The translations under genes were made by a program, and so were the position numbers. The notes under the pieces are model-generated. The model ran no database searches. It saw only the letters and a program-made list of their open reading frames with translations, and had not been told where the DNA came from. From a virus (Duplodnaviria > Caudoviricetes), in the IMG/VR virus record IMGVR_UViG_3300012953_000041, positions 1-54,605 of that record: a stretch of 54,605 nucleotides of DNA. The stretch is one strand, 5' to 3'. Position 1 is the first letter of the stretch, and each line of letters opens with the position of its first letter. Positions 1 to 9,628 of this stretch are shown here, in pieces.

Positions 1-131
1 CTTGTTTTAAATTTTGCTAGTTTTTTGCCTATATACTTTTTATTATTGGTAAGATTTGTAATTAGATACACAAAGCCTTCACAGTCTTCAGGTAATATGT
101 CTACTGTTTGATCTTTGTATGTCCATTGCAT
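1..131 (-). CDS. GIY-YIG family endonuclease, 5' part (runs off window edge; absent from ORF track)
   Basis: Manual translation from ATG at 131: MQWTYKDQTVDILPEDCEGFVYLITNLTNNKKYIGKKLAKFKT. GFVY...YIG is the GIY-YIG signature. Confidence 0.8.
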   Translation of the reverse strand, partial: MQWTYKDQTVDILPEDCEGFVYLITNLTNNKKYIGKKLAKFKT

Positions 132-136
132 CCTAG

Positions 137-142
137 TACTTA
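137..142 (-). promoter_or_regulatory. Putative late promoter variant TAAGTA
   Basis: Minus strand reads ggTAAGTActaggATG, one mismatch to the TAAATA motif found before the structural genes. Confidence 0.5.
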
Positions 143-149
143 CCGATGC

Positions 150-368
150 CTAATTTTTTTTGTCGCCTTTGTGAGTTATACGGGTAGTTTGATGTTTTTC
201 ATGTATCTCGTCTGCTCTTAACTTAGCAAATGTTCTAATATCTCTAAGAGCTTTCCTTACAGATCGATGTGTACGCACAGAATTTCTAGATTCAAACTTT
301 TCATTTTCAGAAAAATATTCTAGATAAGCTTTTACTAGTTTGTCATGTACATCATCTATGTGTGTCAT
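150..368 (-). CDS. Small basic helical protein, possibly Hc1 (histone H1-like) family nucleoid-binding protein
   Basis: 72 aa, start overlaps gp46 stop (ATGA). The EKFE...R.RKAL.DI...AK.R..EI pattern resembles Hc1-like proteins. The gene is likely real; the function call is weak. Confidence 0.5.
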   Translation of the reverse strand: MTHIDDVHDKLVKAYLEYFSENEKFESRNSVRTHRSVRKALRDIRTFAKLRADEIHEKHQTTRITHKGDKKN

Positions 369-2137
369 TCTACTACATCTAAATCATTTGCATAGCTAGT
401 GTATCCGTTTTCTTTTACAACCCTAAGCACATGATTTACTCTTCCTATTAGTTCATCTTTGTGTGAGATAAGATAAATGTTCTTATCTCTTTCTCTACCC
501 ATCTTCTTAAGTACTGCTAATGAATTTTCTACTCCAGCTGTATCCATTCCGCTATCAATAAGCTCATCGATGAATAGTAAATTAATATTTTGATACAAAC
601 TTTCCCAAACATCTCTAAATGCAAAGCTCAATCCAAGTATAAGTCTGTTACGCTCACCTCTTGACAAGTTATCAAAGTCTAAATCTTGTCCTAGTTGAGT
701 AATTTCAACAGTTAAGTCATTTAAGAACACAACTTGATGCGGTAATCCAATCTTATCTAAGTAATATGTAAGTCTATTGTTTAGATAAGCTAGGTTTTGA
801 TCAATAATCTTCTTACGAATAAAACTATCTTTGTTTGTTAGTAATTTCATTAAGAACTCTTGGTGATCTTTGTAGCTAACTAGGTCATTAACAGTGTTCC
901 AATTAACTTCTTGTATAGCTGTTTCATTTAAATCATTAATTTGTATCTCATATGGATCATCTTCAGCTTCAGTTCTAGATAAACTACTCTTTAAGTTCTC
1001 TACATTGCTTCTATGTTCATATGCTTCTTTAGCAGTATCATAAAATGTAGTAGGTTTGCCGTTAATATCACCTATTTCGTCTAGTGCAGTAACAACGTCA
1101 GTACATTTAGTACTAATTTCTAGTTGATATGCAACAGCATCTTCTAATTCTTTAGTTTTTGTAGCTAATATCTCTTGTTTTTTCTCTTCACCTAGTGGTT
1201 GATCACATGCATAACATATAGCATTATCAAGTCCTGCGATATCTAAAGTTACCTTTTCTACAGACTTGTCAGCACGTAATAGTGCCGGCTCAAGGGTACT
1301 TAATTCCTTTTTAAGAGCCAAAATAGTGTTATTATGCTCAGTCCAATTAGCTAATTTTTCGTGCAGTTCTAATTCTGATTCAATATCTAATTGTTCTAGT
1401 TCATCTATTGCATTACTAAGATTTTCACAGTCTTTTTTGTGTTTTGCATTCCAAGCACGTTGTCTTTGTGCTAGTTGTTCAATACTTGCTTTGATTTTAT
1501 CATTAGAAGTTTCAATTGCTTCTATCTTTAGTGTCTCTTGTACGATAGAATCCTTAGTTTCTTTAATTTTATCTTTAAGAGAGGTAGATTTTTCAGTTAA
1601 TATAGTAATACCAAGTAGCTGTTCAATAATAGCACGTTGATCATTAGTACGCATACTTAAAAATGGCTCAGTATATGTGTTTAATGCTACAATATGTTTG
1701 AACATATCGTGACTCATACCAAGTAGCTCGTTAATTGTTTCTTGTGTCTTACGTGAATCGCCTTGCGACTCGTCAATTAACTCTTGTTCTTGATCGTTAA
1801 CATAGAATTTAAGGAAATTAGGGCCTCTACCACGTTCAACACGGTAGGATGTAGCGTCCTTTTCAAATTGTAGGGTAACTACCATTCCCTTGCCGTTAGT
1901 TTTGTTAATAAGGTTGTTACGTTTGATGTTAGTTAGTGCTAAACCGTATAATGCATAGCTTAATGCATTAATAATAGTAGTTTTGCCTGTACCATTACGT
2001 GATCCACTATCATCTCCGCCTTGATCTAAGTTTTCACCTAGTACAAGCGTAAGTTGTTGCTGATCAAAGTCTACCGCCTGGGTTTGATTACCCACACTCA
2101 TGAAGTTTTTAACTGTTAGGTCTTTAATTTTTATCAT
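365..2137 (-). CDS. gp46: Recombination endonuclease ATPase subunit (gp46 / Rad50 / SbcC-like)
   Basis: KNFMSVG start, Walker A NGTGKTT, Q-loop region, coiled coil with zinc hook CYAC (1205-1216), signature LSRGE, Walker B LLFIDE, ISH H-loop. Confidence 0.95.
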   Translation of the reverse strand: MIKIKDLTVKNFMSVGNQTQAVDFDQQQLTLVLGENLDQGGDDSGSRNGTGKTTIINALSYALYGLALTNIKRNNLINKTNGKGMVVTLQFEKDATSYRVERGRGPNFLKFYVNDQEQELIDESQGDSRKTQETINELLGMSHDMFKHIVALNTYTEPFLSMRTNDQRAIIEQLLGITILTEKSTSLKDKIKETKDSIVQETLKIEAIETSNDKIKASIEQLAQRQRAWNAKHKKDCENLSNAIDELEQLDIESELELHEKLANWTEHNNTILALKKELSTLEPALLRADKSVEKVTLDIAGLDNAICYACDQPLGEEKKQEILATKTKELEDAVAYQLEISTKCTDVVTALDEIGDINGKPTTFYDTAKEAYEHRSNVENLKSSLSRTEAEDDPYEIQINDLNETAIQEVNWNTVNDLVSYKDHQEFLMKLLTNKDSFIRKKIIDQNLAYLNNRLTYYLDKIGLPHQVVFLNDLTVEITQLGQDLDFDNLSRGERNRLILGLSFAFRDVWESLYQNINLLFIDELIDSGMDTAGVENSLAVLKKMGRERDKNIYLISHKDELIGRVNHVLRVVKENGYTSYANDLDVVE

Positions 2138-3147
2138 TCGAGTCCGTTATAAATGTCCATAAGGGTTACTTTATCAAAATCTACAGTATCTAGTTCTGCA
2201 ATTTCACCGGCTACTATTTGATCTACGCTAACAAATGCTGAAATATCTAAATCTGTTGACATTTCTTCAATTTGCTTTTGTGGAATTAGTGTTAACTCTC
2301 TACAGTTGTAATCTTTTACAAATGTTTCTTTAATAAAGCTTGCTTCTTCGTATGATATTGGAACATCAATAGTAACACGTAGATACATTTTAGGTTTTAT
2401 TAATTCTTCAGTATTTTCTAATAGCTGTCTTAGACCATAGGTACGATACTTTGGACAATCAGGCCAATTAATATATTCTGGCTCTTGATTATTCTCTCTA
2501 TCTAGTATCATCATGCCTCTTGCATCATCACCTGCATCTGCATAATTGTGCGGAAAAGCATTTCCAATATAATTAATTTTTCCTTGATGTTGACGCTTGT
2601 GAAAGTGCCCACTAAACACGTAGTCTTGATGTTTAAAATGTTCTACCTTAAGATCACCATGATCTGGCATTCTTACAAGTGCGTTCATATAAAAACTAGG
2701 CAGTTCAAAATGTCCAAATAGATATTTTGCTTTAATATCACTAATTTTCTTATATTCATCACCCACTAACCAAGGAACAATAGCAACATCTTCTACTACA
2801 GTTATTTCATCTAAAAATGTAATACCTGGAATGTGCTTTGCGAATGCTGTACTGTTTACATCACGCTTATCTTTGTAATATAAGTCATGATTACCATCAA
2901 AGAAGAAAAATTGTTCAAATGCTTGACCTAATTTCTCCATTGAACGTATAGTTGCGTCCATTGTGGTTAAATTTAACGAATTTCTGTTGTGATGCCAGTC
3001 ACCGCAAAAGATCCCAGTTTCGCAACCGTTTTCTTTTGCTATTTTAATGTACCAATCAATAAAATCTTCACAATCGTCGTTGTGTACACGACTATTCCCT
3101 TTTAAGCCAAAGTGAATATCAGTAAAGACTGCTGCTTTCTTAAACAA
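2134..3147 (-). CDS. gp47: Recombination endonuclease nuclease subunit (gp47 / Mre11 / SbcD-like)
   Basis: Metallophosphoesterase motifs TDIH, GD, GNHD, GH, GHFH. TTG start with GGAG upstream. Overlaps gp46 start. Confidence 0.95.
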   Translation of the reverse strand: MFKKAAVFTDIHFGLKGNSRVHNDDCEDFIDWYIKIAKENGCETGIFCGDWHHNRNSLNLTTMDATIRSMEKLGQAFEQFFFFDGNHDLYYKDKRDVNSTAFAKHIPGITFLDEITVVEDVAIVPWLVGDEYKKISDIKAKYLFGHFELPSFYMNALVRMPDHGDLKVEHFKHQDYVFSGHFHKRQHQGKINYIGNAFPHNYADAGDDARGMMILDRENNQEPEYINWPDCPKYRTYGLRQLLENTEELIKPKMYLRVTIDVPISYEEASFIKETFVKDYNCRELTLIPQKQIEEMSTDLDISAFVSVDQIVAGEIAELDTVDFDKVTLMDIYNGLE

Positions 3148-3175
3148 ATTCAGTATACTCCAATTCTATAGTAAC

Positions 3176-3204
3176 ATTATATAGTATTTTTGTACGCCTG
3201 TCAA
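3176..3204 (-). promoter_or_regulatory. Sigma70-type promoter for gp47-gp46
   Basis: Minus strand TTGACA (3204-3199), 17-nt spacer, TATAAT (3181-3176): perfect consensus. Confidence 0.9.
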
Positions 3205-3207
3205 CCT

Positions 3208-4059
3208 CTATTTTGAAGTTTTATCAGTGAATACACTAGTACCGGCTTCTTCGTTGCGTTTTATTTGTGCTTCCCATTCGCCTGCATGTTGTCTAGTGTA
3301 ACTAGGATTCAAATCGTTCATTTCTAGAATATCATCTCGAATGTTTTGGTTACGTTTTTCAATATTAATAACTCTTACAAAACTATTAGTAACTGCAGCA
3401 GTATAATATGCAAATGGATTTTGGCTTTTTGACTCGTCAAACTGTAATCCAATCTGTGTTAATTGTAAAATAGCTTGACCTTTCATTTCGTCATTATATG
3501 TGTAACCACGTACATTGCCTCTAGTAGCATATCTATCTACTAGTTTCATCCACATCATAGCTAAATTATCAGTAGCTTTGCCATGTGATTTGGAATAATG
3601 TCCATTTTCCATACCTCCAACCCAATGACTTTTACCAACTAATTGCAACTCGCCTTGATCATCAAACTTATAATGTACAAAAGGAGGAAAATTTAGTTTT
3701 TCCTTTGTATCTGCTACTGTTTTTGGATTTTTCTTTCGGCCCGGCTCTTCGGGTATATGATCAAACGTCATTATTCTAAAGATAAGCTCTTCTTTAGTAA
3801 TATTTGTATATTTTACTTCGCAATCGGCTTGTTTAACTTTTTCACCAGCTATTTTTCGACGTTCGTATTCTTCGCTACTAAGTCTTTTAGCTTTATTTCG
3901 TTTTGCTTCTGCAATAGTACGGATATTAATTTTTTCTACGTCTGGTAAAATAATATCATAATGTGCATAATCAGGATCAGTATAGCTGTTAAATGTGTTT
4001 TTAGATCTGTGTATTTGTTTTAGTATATCTTTGTTATTTAGATAGTTCTTTTTTCTCAT
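3208..4059 (-). CDS. gp55: Late-transcription sigma factor (gp55-like)
   Basis: N-terminal NYLNNKD and C-terminal GYTYNDEM...FDESKSQNPFAYYT match T4-like gp55 motifs. The 55-47-46 gene order is as in T4-like phages. Confidence 0.9.
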   Translation of the reverse strand: MRKKNYLNNKDILKQIHRSKNTFNSYTDPDYAHYDIILPDVEKINIRTIAEAKRNKAKRLSSEEYERRKIAGEKVKQADCEVKYTNITKEELIFRIMTFDHIPEEPGRKKNPKTVADTKEKLNFPPFVHYKFDDQGELQLVGKSHWVGGMENGHYSKSHGKATDNLAMMWMKLVDRYATRGNVRGYTYNDEMKGQAILQLTQIGLQFDESKSQNPFAYYTAAVTNSFVRVINIEKRNQNIRDDILEMNDLNPSYTRQHAGEWEAQIKRNEEAGTSVFTDKTSK

Positions 4060-4088
4060 GTGTGCTCCAGGCTTATAGTATATATACT

Positions 4089-4117
4089 ATTATAAACTAC
4101 TCTGTTAACTTTGTCAA
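4089..4117 (-). promoter_or_regulatory. Sigma70-type promoter for gp55
   Basis: Minus strand TTGACA (4117-4112), 17-nt spacer, TATAAT (4094-4089): perfect consensus. GGAG RBS before the ATG. Confidence 0.9.
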
Positions 4118-4118
4118 C

Positions 4119-4124
4119 TAAATA
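4119..4124 (+). promoter_or_regulatory. Late promoter TAAATA
   Basis: TAAATA 19 nt before the ATG at 4144, followed by a GGAG RBS. It is the core of the T4 late promoter TATAAATA and recurs before other structural genes. Confidence 0.75.
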
Positions 4125-4143
4125 CTAGTGGAGATTTAAAATA

Positions 4144-5064
4144 ATGGCAGTATCAGGATTTAACCAACTTGCAGGAAGGATTGCGTCCGGTGCTAATAAT
4201 ATAGCACAGGTAGCAAGAGTTGCAGATCGATTTACTAATAGTAATACTTTACGTAGTATTGGTCGTGGAGCTGAAACCGTACGGAATATAGGTAGTGCGG
4301 CACAGACATTTATGGATTCCGGAGGAAATTTTGGAACAGCAACTCGTATGATGGGAAATGCCCAACAGGGTGTAAGATTCAATGCAGCACCTCCCTCACC
4401 AGGAAATCCTAAGCAAGCAATTGTTTCTACAAGTATAGATGCAAATTATTCAAATACTGATTGGAGAGTTTCGATTAGTGTTCCTTCTTCAATCCATGAA
4501 GAAAGCGAAATTTTAGAACCACTTAAATTAACAGAACAAGGAGCAAGCAAAACCGCTAAGATGATTTTTCCTTTTACTCCTACAATATTACTAGGACACA
4601 GTGCAAACTATTCACAGATAGCGCCAACACATACAAACTATCCTTATAATGCTTATGAAAACAGCCAAGTTGATAATATGACAATAACTGGCGAGTTTTA
4701 TAATGAAAATAATCAAGATGCAAAATATTGGGTAGCAGTATTACATTTTTTAAGATCTGTTACTAAGATGTATTATGGTGAAAGTAATCCACAAGGTAAT
4801 CCACCACCAGTGTGTAGACTAAATGGGTATGGTCCACATGTTTTAAATAATATTCCTATAGTTGTACAAAACTTCACAACTGATTTACCAGCAGATGTTG
4901 ATTATATAGAATGTATAGTAGACGGACATAAAAATATGGTTCCTGTTCAGTGTCAATTTACTGTTACAGTGATGCCACAATACTCAAGAAGATCAACAGC
5001 TAAGTTTAGTCTTAATACTTTTGCTAAAGGTGGGTTTGTTAAAGGTATTGAGGGATTTGTATAA
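4144..5064 (+). CDS. Baseplate / tail-tube initiator-like protein
   Basis: IFPFTPTI..HSANY...PTHTNY, FLRSVTKMYYG, PPPVCRLNGYG..L.NIP.V: pattern of tube-fold baseplate proteins. Directly precedes the gp53-like gene. Confidence 0.65.
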   Translation: MAVSGFNQLAGRIASGANNIAQVARVADRFTNSNTLRSIGRGAETVRNIGSAAQTFMDSGGNFGTATRMMGNAQQGVRFNAAPPSPGNPKQAIVSTSIDANYSNTDWRVSISVPSSIHEESEILEPLKLTEQGASKTAKMIFPFTPTILLGHSANYSQIAPTHTNYPYNAYENSQVDNMTITGEFYNENNQDAKYWVAVLHFLRSVTKMYYGESNPQGNPPPVCRLNGYGPHVLNNIPIVVQNFTTDLPADVDYIECIVDGHKNMVPVQCQFTVTVMPQYSRRSTAKFSLNTFAKGGFVKGIEGFV

Positions 5065-5363
5065 TGGCAAAAAATAAATTAAGTCCGTATGCAAATACAC
5101 CGTTAACAGATATGGGTTATTTAGATATATATGCTCCGCAACCCGTTCCGGTTGGAGCCAATGATGTATTGTATGAAATATTACCAGCTTATACATATAG
5201 ACCGGACTTACTAGCGTTTGACTTGTACGGTGAAAAAGAACTATGGTGGGTTTTTGCACAAAGAAATTTGGATGTTTTAAAAGATCCAATTTTTGATTTT
5301 GTTGCCGGTACGAAAATTTATCTACCTCAAGGTTCAAATCTACGTCAAATATTAGGATTTTAA
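5064..5363 (+). CDS. gp53: Baseplate wedge protein, gp53-like (LysM-like)
   Basis: YRPDLLAFDLYG...LWWVFAQRN...DPIFDF..GT.IYLP is the gp53/LysM-type motif. TAATG coupling to the upstream gene. Confidence 0.8.
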   Translation: MAKNKLSPYANTPLTDMGYLDIYAPQPVPVGANDVLYEILPAYTYRPDLLAFDLYGEKELWWVFAQRNLDVLKDPIFDFVAGTKIYLPQGSNLRQILGF

Positions 5364-8300
5364 ATGGCTCTTAGTTTTTTAAAAAAAATTACAAAGACTG
5401 CTAACACAATATCAAGAGTTGCTAGTGTTACAAATTCTCTACGTAACCAAAATTTTGGTACAGCTGCAAGTGATGCTATAGGCATTGCTACAGGTAATAG
5501 AAACATAGCTAATCAAATTAACTCTATTAGTGGATTTTCAGGAAATTTATCATCAGTATCACAAGCCGCCGGAAGAATTAATTCAGTCTTTGGATCTCAA
5601 GGACAAGATTTTACAGGCGGAACTTTCGGAGCACCTAGTAATTTTAACTTTGGCACAATACTTGGCGGCGCAACAGAACTAGAAGGACTAGTTAATAATC
5701 CTATTAGGTTAATTAATAGAGGTGCAAGCGAAATGTTTGGCCTTGAAGGTGGCAGATTTGATGTTCTTAGACAGGCAGCAGAAGATTTATCACAACTAAG
5801 CCAATTTGATCAGTTTATAGATGATACATTTACTGATCCAAGAGATCCTACACAGAATTCAGGAAATTCAAAAAGCAGAATACCAAATCCGTTACGTGAA
5901 TACAGTTCTTACAATTATAAATTTACACTAGGAATACTAAGTTCAAAAGAATTTAATAATCCTAATCTATACCGAGAAGGCGGTGGCTTTAAAAAATATA
6001 TCATTAAAAGTACCGGCGGAAGTTTAAACAAAAGATATCAAGTATTAGACGAATTTGAAAGATTCCCTCAAGGACACGGAGAGTACTTTTTGGAAGATTT
6101 TAGTCATGAAGCAGTAGTTTCTCCAAATCCAGCCACAGGTGTTACACAAGGAATGACTATACAATTTAAAGTAATAGAACCATTTTCTATGGGTAACTTT
6201 ACGGAAGCAATAGTTGGAGCATCAGCAAGCTTAGGATACAAGAATTATTTTTCTGCTCCGTTCTGTATAAGAATTGATTTTACTGGGTGGAAGGAAGATG
6301 CTGAAACACAACCTGAAAAATTGAAACCGGTATATCTTCCATTAAAAATAAACAAAATGGATATGCGTGTTACCGGCCAAGGCTGTGAATATGATGTTAC
6401 TGCTGTTCCTTATACAGATTTAGGTTTAGCAGATAATATTAATAAAATTATGACAAATATTAAAACACCTGGAAATATTGTTCATGAAATTTTGCAAACA
6501 GGTGAAAATTCTTTAACAGCAAGTATGAATAGAAGGATAGAAGGATTAGAAGAATCAAATGTTATTCCTGGTTATGATCGGTATGTAATTGCATTTCCTA
6601 AAAATAGAGAAAGTATTTTAAAATACTTGTCTACGGGTTTACAGAAACCTGAAGCGCCTTCATCAGTACAAACTGTAATTACAAATAAAGGTATTGCTTC
6701 TAAAGAAGAAATAGATCAATTTAATTCTGGTGCAGATATTACAGAGGATTTTGACTTACTTTTTAATCAAGAAGAAGTAACAAAAAACAAAGTAATAAAA
6801 CCAGTCACTGATATGTTCGAAACACTATTAGCTTATGCATCAGATGTTTCTAATATGAATGAGATTGGTATAAGTGGATTAGTTTCAGATGACAATGAAG
6901 GTGGAGATACACCTATGGCGACATACAATGGGTCTTATTCAGACTTTGGAGGAGAACCAGAACGTGCTCAATTAATCCGAAAAGATGCAGCAGTTGCACA
7001 GCAACCAACTAAAGGAAGACTAAGACAATTTAAACAAGGTGATTCTATTACAGGAGCAATTGAAGAAGTACTATTGAACAGCGAATATTGTAAAGAAAAT
7101 GCTGTTAAAGAAAGTGACAGCAAAGGTGTTAAGAGATGGTTTAGAATTGATACAAATGTTTATCTATCTGAAGATAAAAAAACTGAAGAAAAAGTTGGTA
7201 GGCCTCCTGCGGTATTTGTTTATTCAGTTTTTCCATATGAAACAGATGAAGCAAAAACATTAGGAACAGGGCAGATACCAAAAAATACTAAAGGCTTAAA
7301 GCAAGCCGCTGCTAAAGAATACAATTATCTTTATACTGGTAATAACGAAGATGTTTTAAGATTTGATATTGAGTTTAATACTGCATTTATGAAAACAGCA
7401 TTAGCTGGTTACGGAAATAATTCAGGTGGAATGCAAGCTGAAACAAGTCAGTCAAAAACAAACTCTGATGCAGTTGACAAAGGAGCAGAATTAAACACAG
7501 ATGTAACTGGTAATACCGGAGACAAAGAAGCAGCTGCTAGCACTCAAGAAGTAACCAATAATGGCACTAATAATGTTAGTAGAACTCTTGATATTCGTAG
7601 ACAAGTTGCTGAACAGTTTCATAAATCAATAACAAATCAAATATCAGATATGCTTAGTGTTGAAATGGATATATGGGGAGATCCATTTTTCTTACCGCAA
7701 GAGATAGGAAACTATGCTCCTAAACAAACAGGTTCGTCACCTAATGCAACTGAAGATGGAACCATGACATATACCAAAGGAGAAGTTTTTATAGTTGTTA
7801 ATTTTAGAACTCCTTTTGATTATAGTGACGGAGCACTAATGGAACAACCTATGATTGTACCTCAATTTAGCGGATTATTTAGTGTAGTAAAAGTTACTAA
7901 TAATTTTGTTAAAGGACAATATACACAAACATTAAAATTAATAAGAAGGTACGGACAATCTCAAAAATCTACTACAGGTAATGTTGGATTGTTCAAAACA
8001 TCATCTGATCCTAAATTAAAACCACCAGCACCTACTTCTGGAGCTGTACAAGATTCGCAAAAAAATCCTACTGGATCTTCACAGGCTCAAAAGAGTGTCA
8101 ACCAAGCTGATAACTTATTAACACAAGCTCAAAATTCTGGAAGAAGTTCTGTAAGCTCTACAGGAGCAGCAGGGTCTCCTAGTTCACTTGCTAATGCTAT
8201 AAATGTAGTATCTTCACAATCGTCAATTGCACAAGCCGCCGTTTCTAAATTAACAAATACAGGAAACGTTGCTTCTCAAGCACTTTCAAAAGCAACAGCT

Positions 8301-8699
8301 AATCAAGCAGTAAATACTTTTGGCAAATTTGGTACGCAAAAAATTAGTATTTCGCAACAGAATTTTGATGTTGTTGGAGATGTTAATTCATTAATTAATG
8401 ATGCATTATCAGTTGCGGTTCCTTCCTTTGGTAAATTAAAAGTAGACTTAGAATCGCCAGCTGGAAAATTAGGTGCTCAAACAGCAGCAATTAACGATGT
8501 ATACAATGCAGCATTAGGAGCCAATCAGCCTCCAGCAATTGCAGACGCAACCGATTTACTTAAAACAGCTTCTTTTTCAGTAGATGATTTAAATTTAGCT
8601 CCTGTACAAAAAGTTCGAGAAGATGCAGAAAATACTCTTAAAAATCAATCTACATTAAGAAGAGCTGGAAGAAATTTAGCTAATGGGACGATAACATAA
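5364..8699 (+). CDS. Baseplate hub protein (gp27-like) with low-complexity N- and C-terminal extensions
   Basis: Position between gp53 and gp5. NPL..YSSYNY, KEYNYLYTG.N, I.GDPFFL and FSGLF.V..V.NNF..GQYTQTL.L.R, the last being a typical hub C-terminal motif. Confidence 0.65.
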   Translation: MALSFLKKITKTANTISRVASVTNSLRNQNFGTAASDAIGIATGNRNIANQINSISGFSGNLSSVSQAAGRINSVFGSQGQDFTGGTFGAPSNFNFGTILGGATELEGLVNNPIRLINRGASEMFGLEGGRFDVLRQAAEDLSQLSQFDQFIDDTFTDPRDPTQNSGNSKSRIPNPLREYSSYNYKFTLGILSSKEFNNPNLYREGGGFKKYIIKSTGGSLNKRYQVLDEFERFPQGHGEYFLEDFSHEAVVSPNPATGVTQGMTIQFKVIEPFSMGNFTEAIVGASASLGYKNYFSAPFCIRIDFTGWKEDAETQPEKLKPVYLPLKINKMDMRVTGQGCEYDVTAVPYTDLGLADNINKIMTNIKTPGNIVHEILQTGENSLTASMNRRIEGLEESNVIPGYDRYVIAFPKNRESILKYLSTGLQKPEAPSSVQTVITNKGIASKEEIDQFNSGADITEDFDLLFNQEEVTKNKVIKPVTDMFETLLAYASDVSNMNEIGISGLVSDDNEGGDTPMATYNGSYSDFGGEPERAQLIRKDAAVAQQPTKGRLRQFKQGDSITGAIEEVLLNSEYCKENAVKESDSKGVKRWFRIDTNVYLSEDKKTEEKVGRPPAVFVYSVFPYETDEAKTLGTGQIPKNTKGLKQAAAKEYNYLYTGNNEDVLRFDIEFNTAFMKTALAGYGNNSGGMQAETSQSKTNSDAVDKGAELNTDVTGNTGDKEAAASTQEVTNNGTNNVSRTLDIRRQVAEQFHKSITNQISDMLSVEMDIWGDPFFLPQEIGNYAPKQTGSSPNATEDGTMTYTKGEVFIVVNFRTPFDYSDGALMEQPMIVPQFSGLFSVVKVTNNFVKGQYTQTLKLIRRYGQSQKSTTGNVGLFKTSSDPKLKPPAPTSGAVQDSQKNPTGSSQAQKSVNQADNLLTQAQNSGRSSVSSTGAAGSPSSLANAINVVSSQSSIAQAAVSKLTNTGNVASQALSKATANQAVNTFGKFGTQKISISQQNFDVVGDVNSLINDALSVAVPSFGKLKVDLESPAGKLGAQTAAINDVYNAALGANQPPAIADATDLLKTASFSVDDLNLAPVQKVREDAENTLKNQSTLRRAGRNLANGTIT

Positions 8700-9601
8700 T
8701 GTCAGCAGATGAAAGTGAAGATAAATTTTCGGTACTTGATGCTCCATCAATAGGTTCAGATCCTAATGCTAATCCTAACGCTTTTAAAATACCGTTAAAT
8801 AATTTTTATCAAACTGTTACACCTTCAGGTACAATTACAAAAGATCAAGTATTTGCTACAGCAACAACAGATGAAGTTGTACCACCTGATGCTGTAGCAC
8901 AATATGCTGTATATCTAAACACAACAAATAAAGTAAAACCAGTAAAAAACTTAACACCTGAAGAATTTTCAATAAATCAACGATATATTGAACAAGCGGC
9001 TACTGCAAGAAAAAGAGCACTAGATGCAATTGCTGGAACACAGTTTTCAGAAGCAAAATTAGCAACAATTTCTAAAGAACCTCCTTTTAAAGGATCAGCT
9101 AATGATACAGCAATTCAAGCCGCATTATCAGCACAAGCCAAAGCCGCGGTATTACGTTCAAAGATTGAACCACCTGCACCAGGTACTGAAACTGTAGAAC
9201 AAATGGTGATAGTAAATCAACAATTAAAAGACATTGTTGCAAAAGCAGAATCTGATGCGGCTGCACTTAGTAAGGCCGCAGGATTGCCACCAAATTCGTA
9301 TCAAAAACCAGAAGCCCTTACTAATAATGATGAACCTAATCCATTTGATCCTGATTTTGACCCGGGTACTACATCTCCTAAAATTGTTAGCAAAGATTTT
9401 GCTTCACAACCTCCTGATGAAGGAGTATATGCATATATCCCTTCAGAGCTATATGCTGATCGTTATGATTTTGAAACTGGCAAAAAAATAAGAGTTGGCG
9501 TTGCAGGAGGAACCCATGGTGGCGCAGGCGACCGAACAACACAAGGCGATACAATACAAACAGTTGAGCAATCAGAGCCTTTCCCTTCTGGACCACAGTA
9601 A
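8699..9601 (+). CDS. Hypothetical Ala/Pro-rich acidic protein, probably virion-associated
   Basis: 300-aa ORF coupled by TAATG to the hub gene. No recognised domain. Confidence 0.6.
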   Translation: MSADESEDKFSVLDAPSIGSDPNANPNAFKIPLNNFYQTVTPSGTITKDQVFATATTDEVVPPDAVAQYAVYLNTTNKVKPVKNLTPEEFSINQRYIEQAATARKRALDAIAGTQFSEAKLATISKEPPFKGSANDTAIQAALSAQAKAAVLRSKIEPPAPGTETVEQMVIVNQQLKDIVAKAESDAAALSKAAGLPPNSYQKPEALTNNDEPNPFDPDFDPGTTSPKIVSKDFASQPPDEGVYAYIPSELYADRYDFETGKKIRVGVAGGTHGGAGDRTTQGDTIQTVEQSEPFPSGPQ

Positions 9602-9604
9602 TGA

Positions 9605-9610
9605 TAATTA
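9605..9610 (+). promoter_or_regulatory. Putative late promoter variant TAATTA
   Basis: gaTAATTA in the 27-nt gap before the spike gene; a similar gaTAATTA occurs at 54409. Confidence 0.4.
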
Positions 9611-9628
9611 TTATAAACTGGATAGTTA

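Noticed and set aside
5375-5388. T6A8 run containing slippery heptamers at the start of the hub gene
   Set aside because: At codons 4-9, so a shift would fuse nothing useful; such runs are expected in AT-rich DNA.
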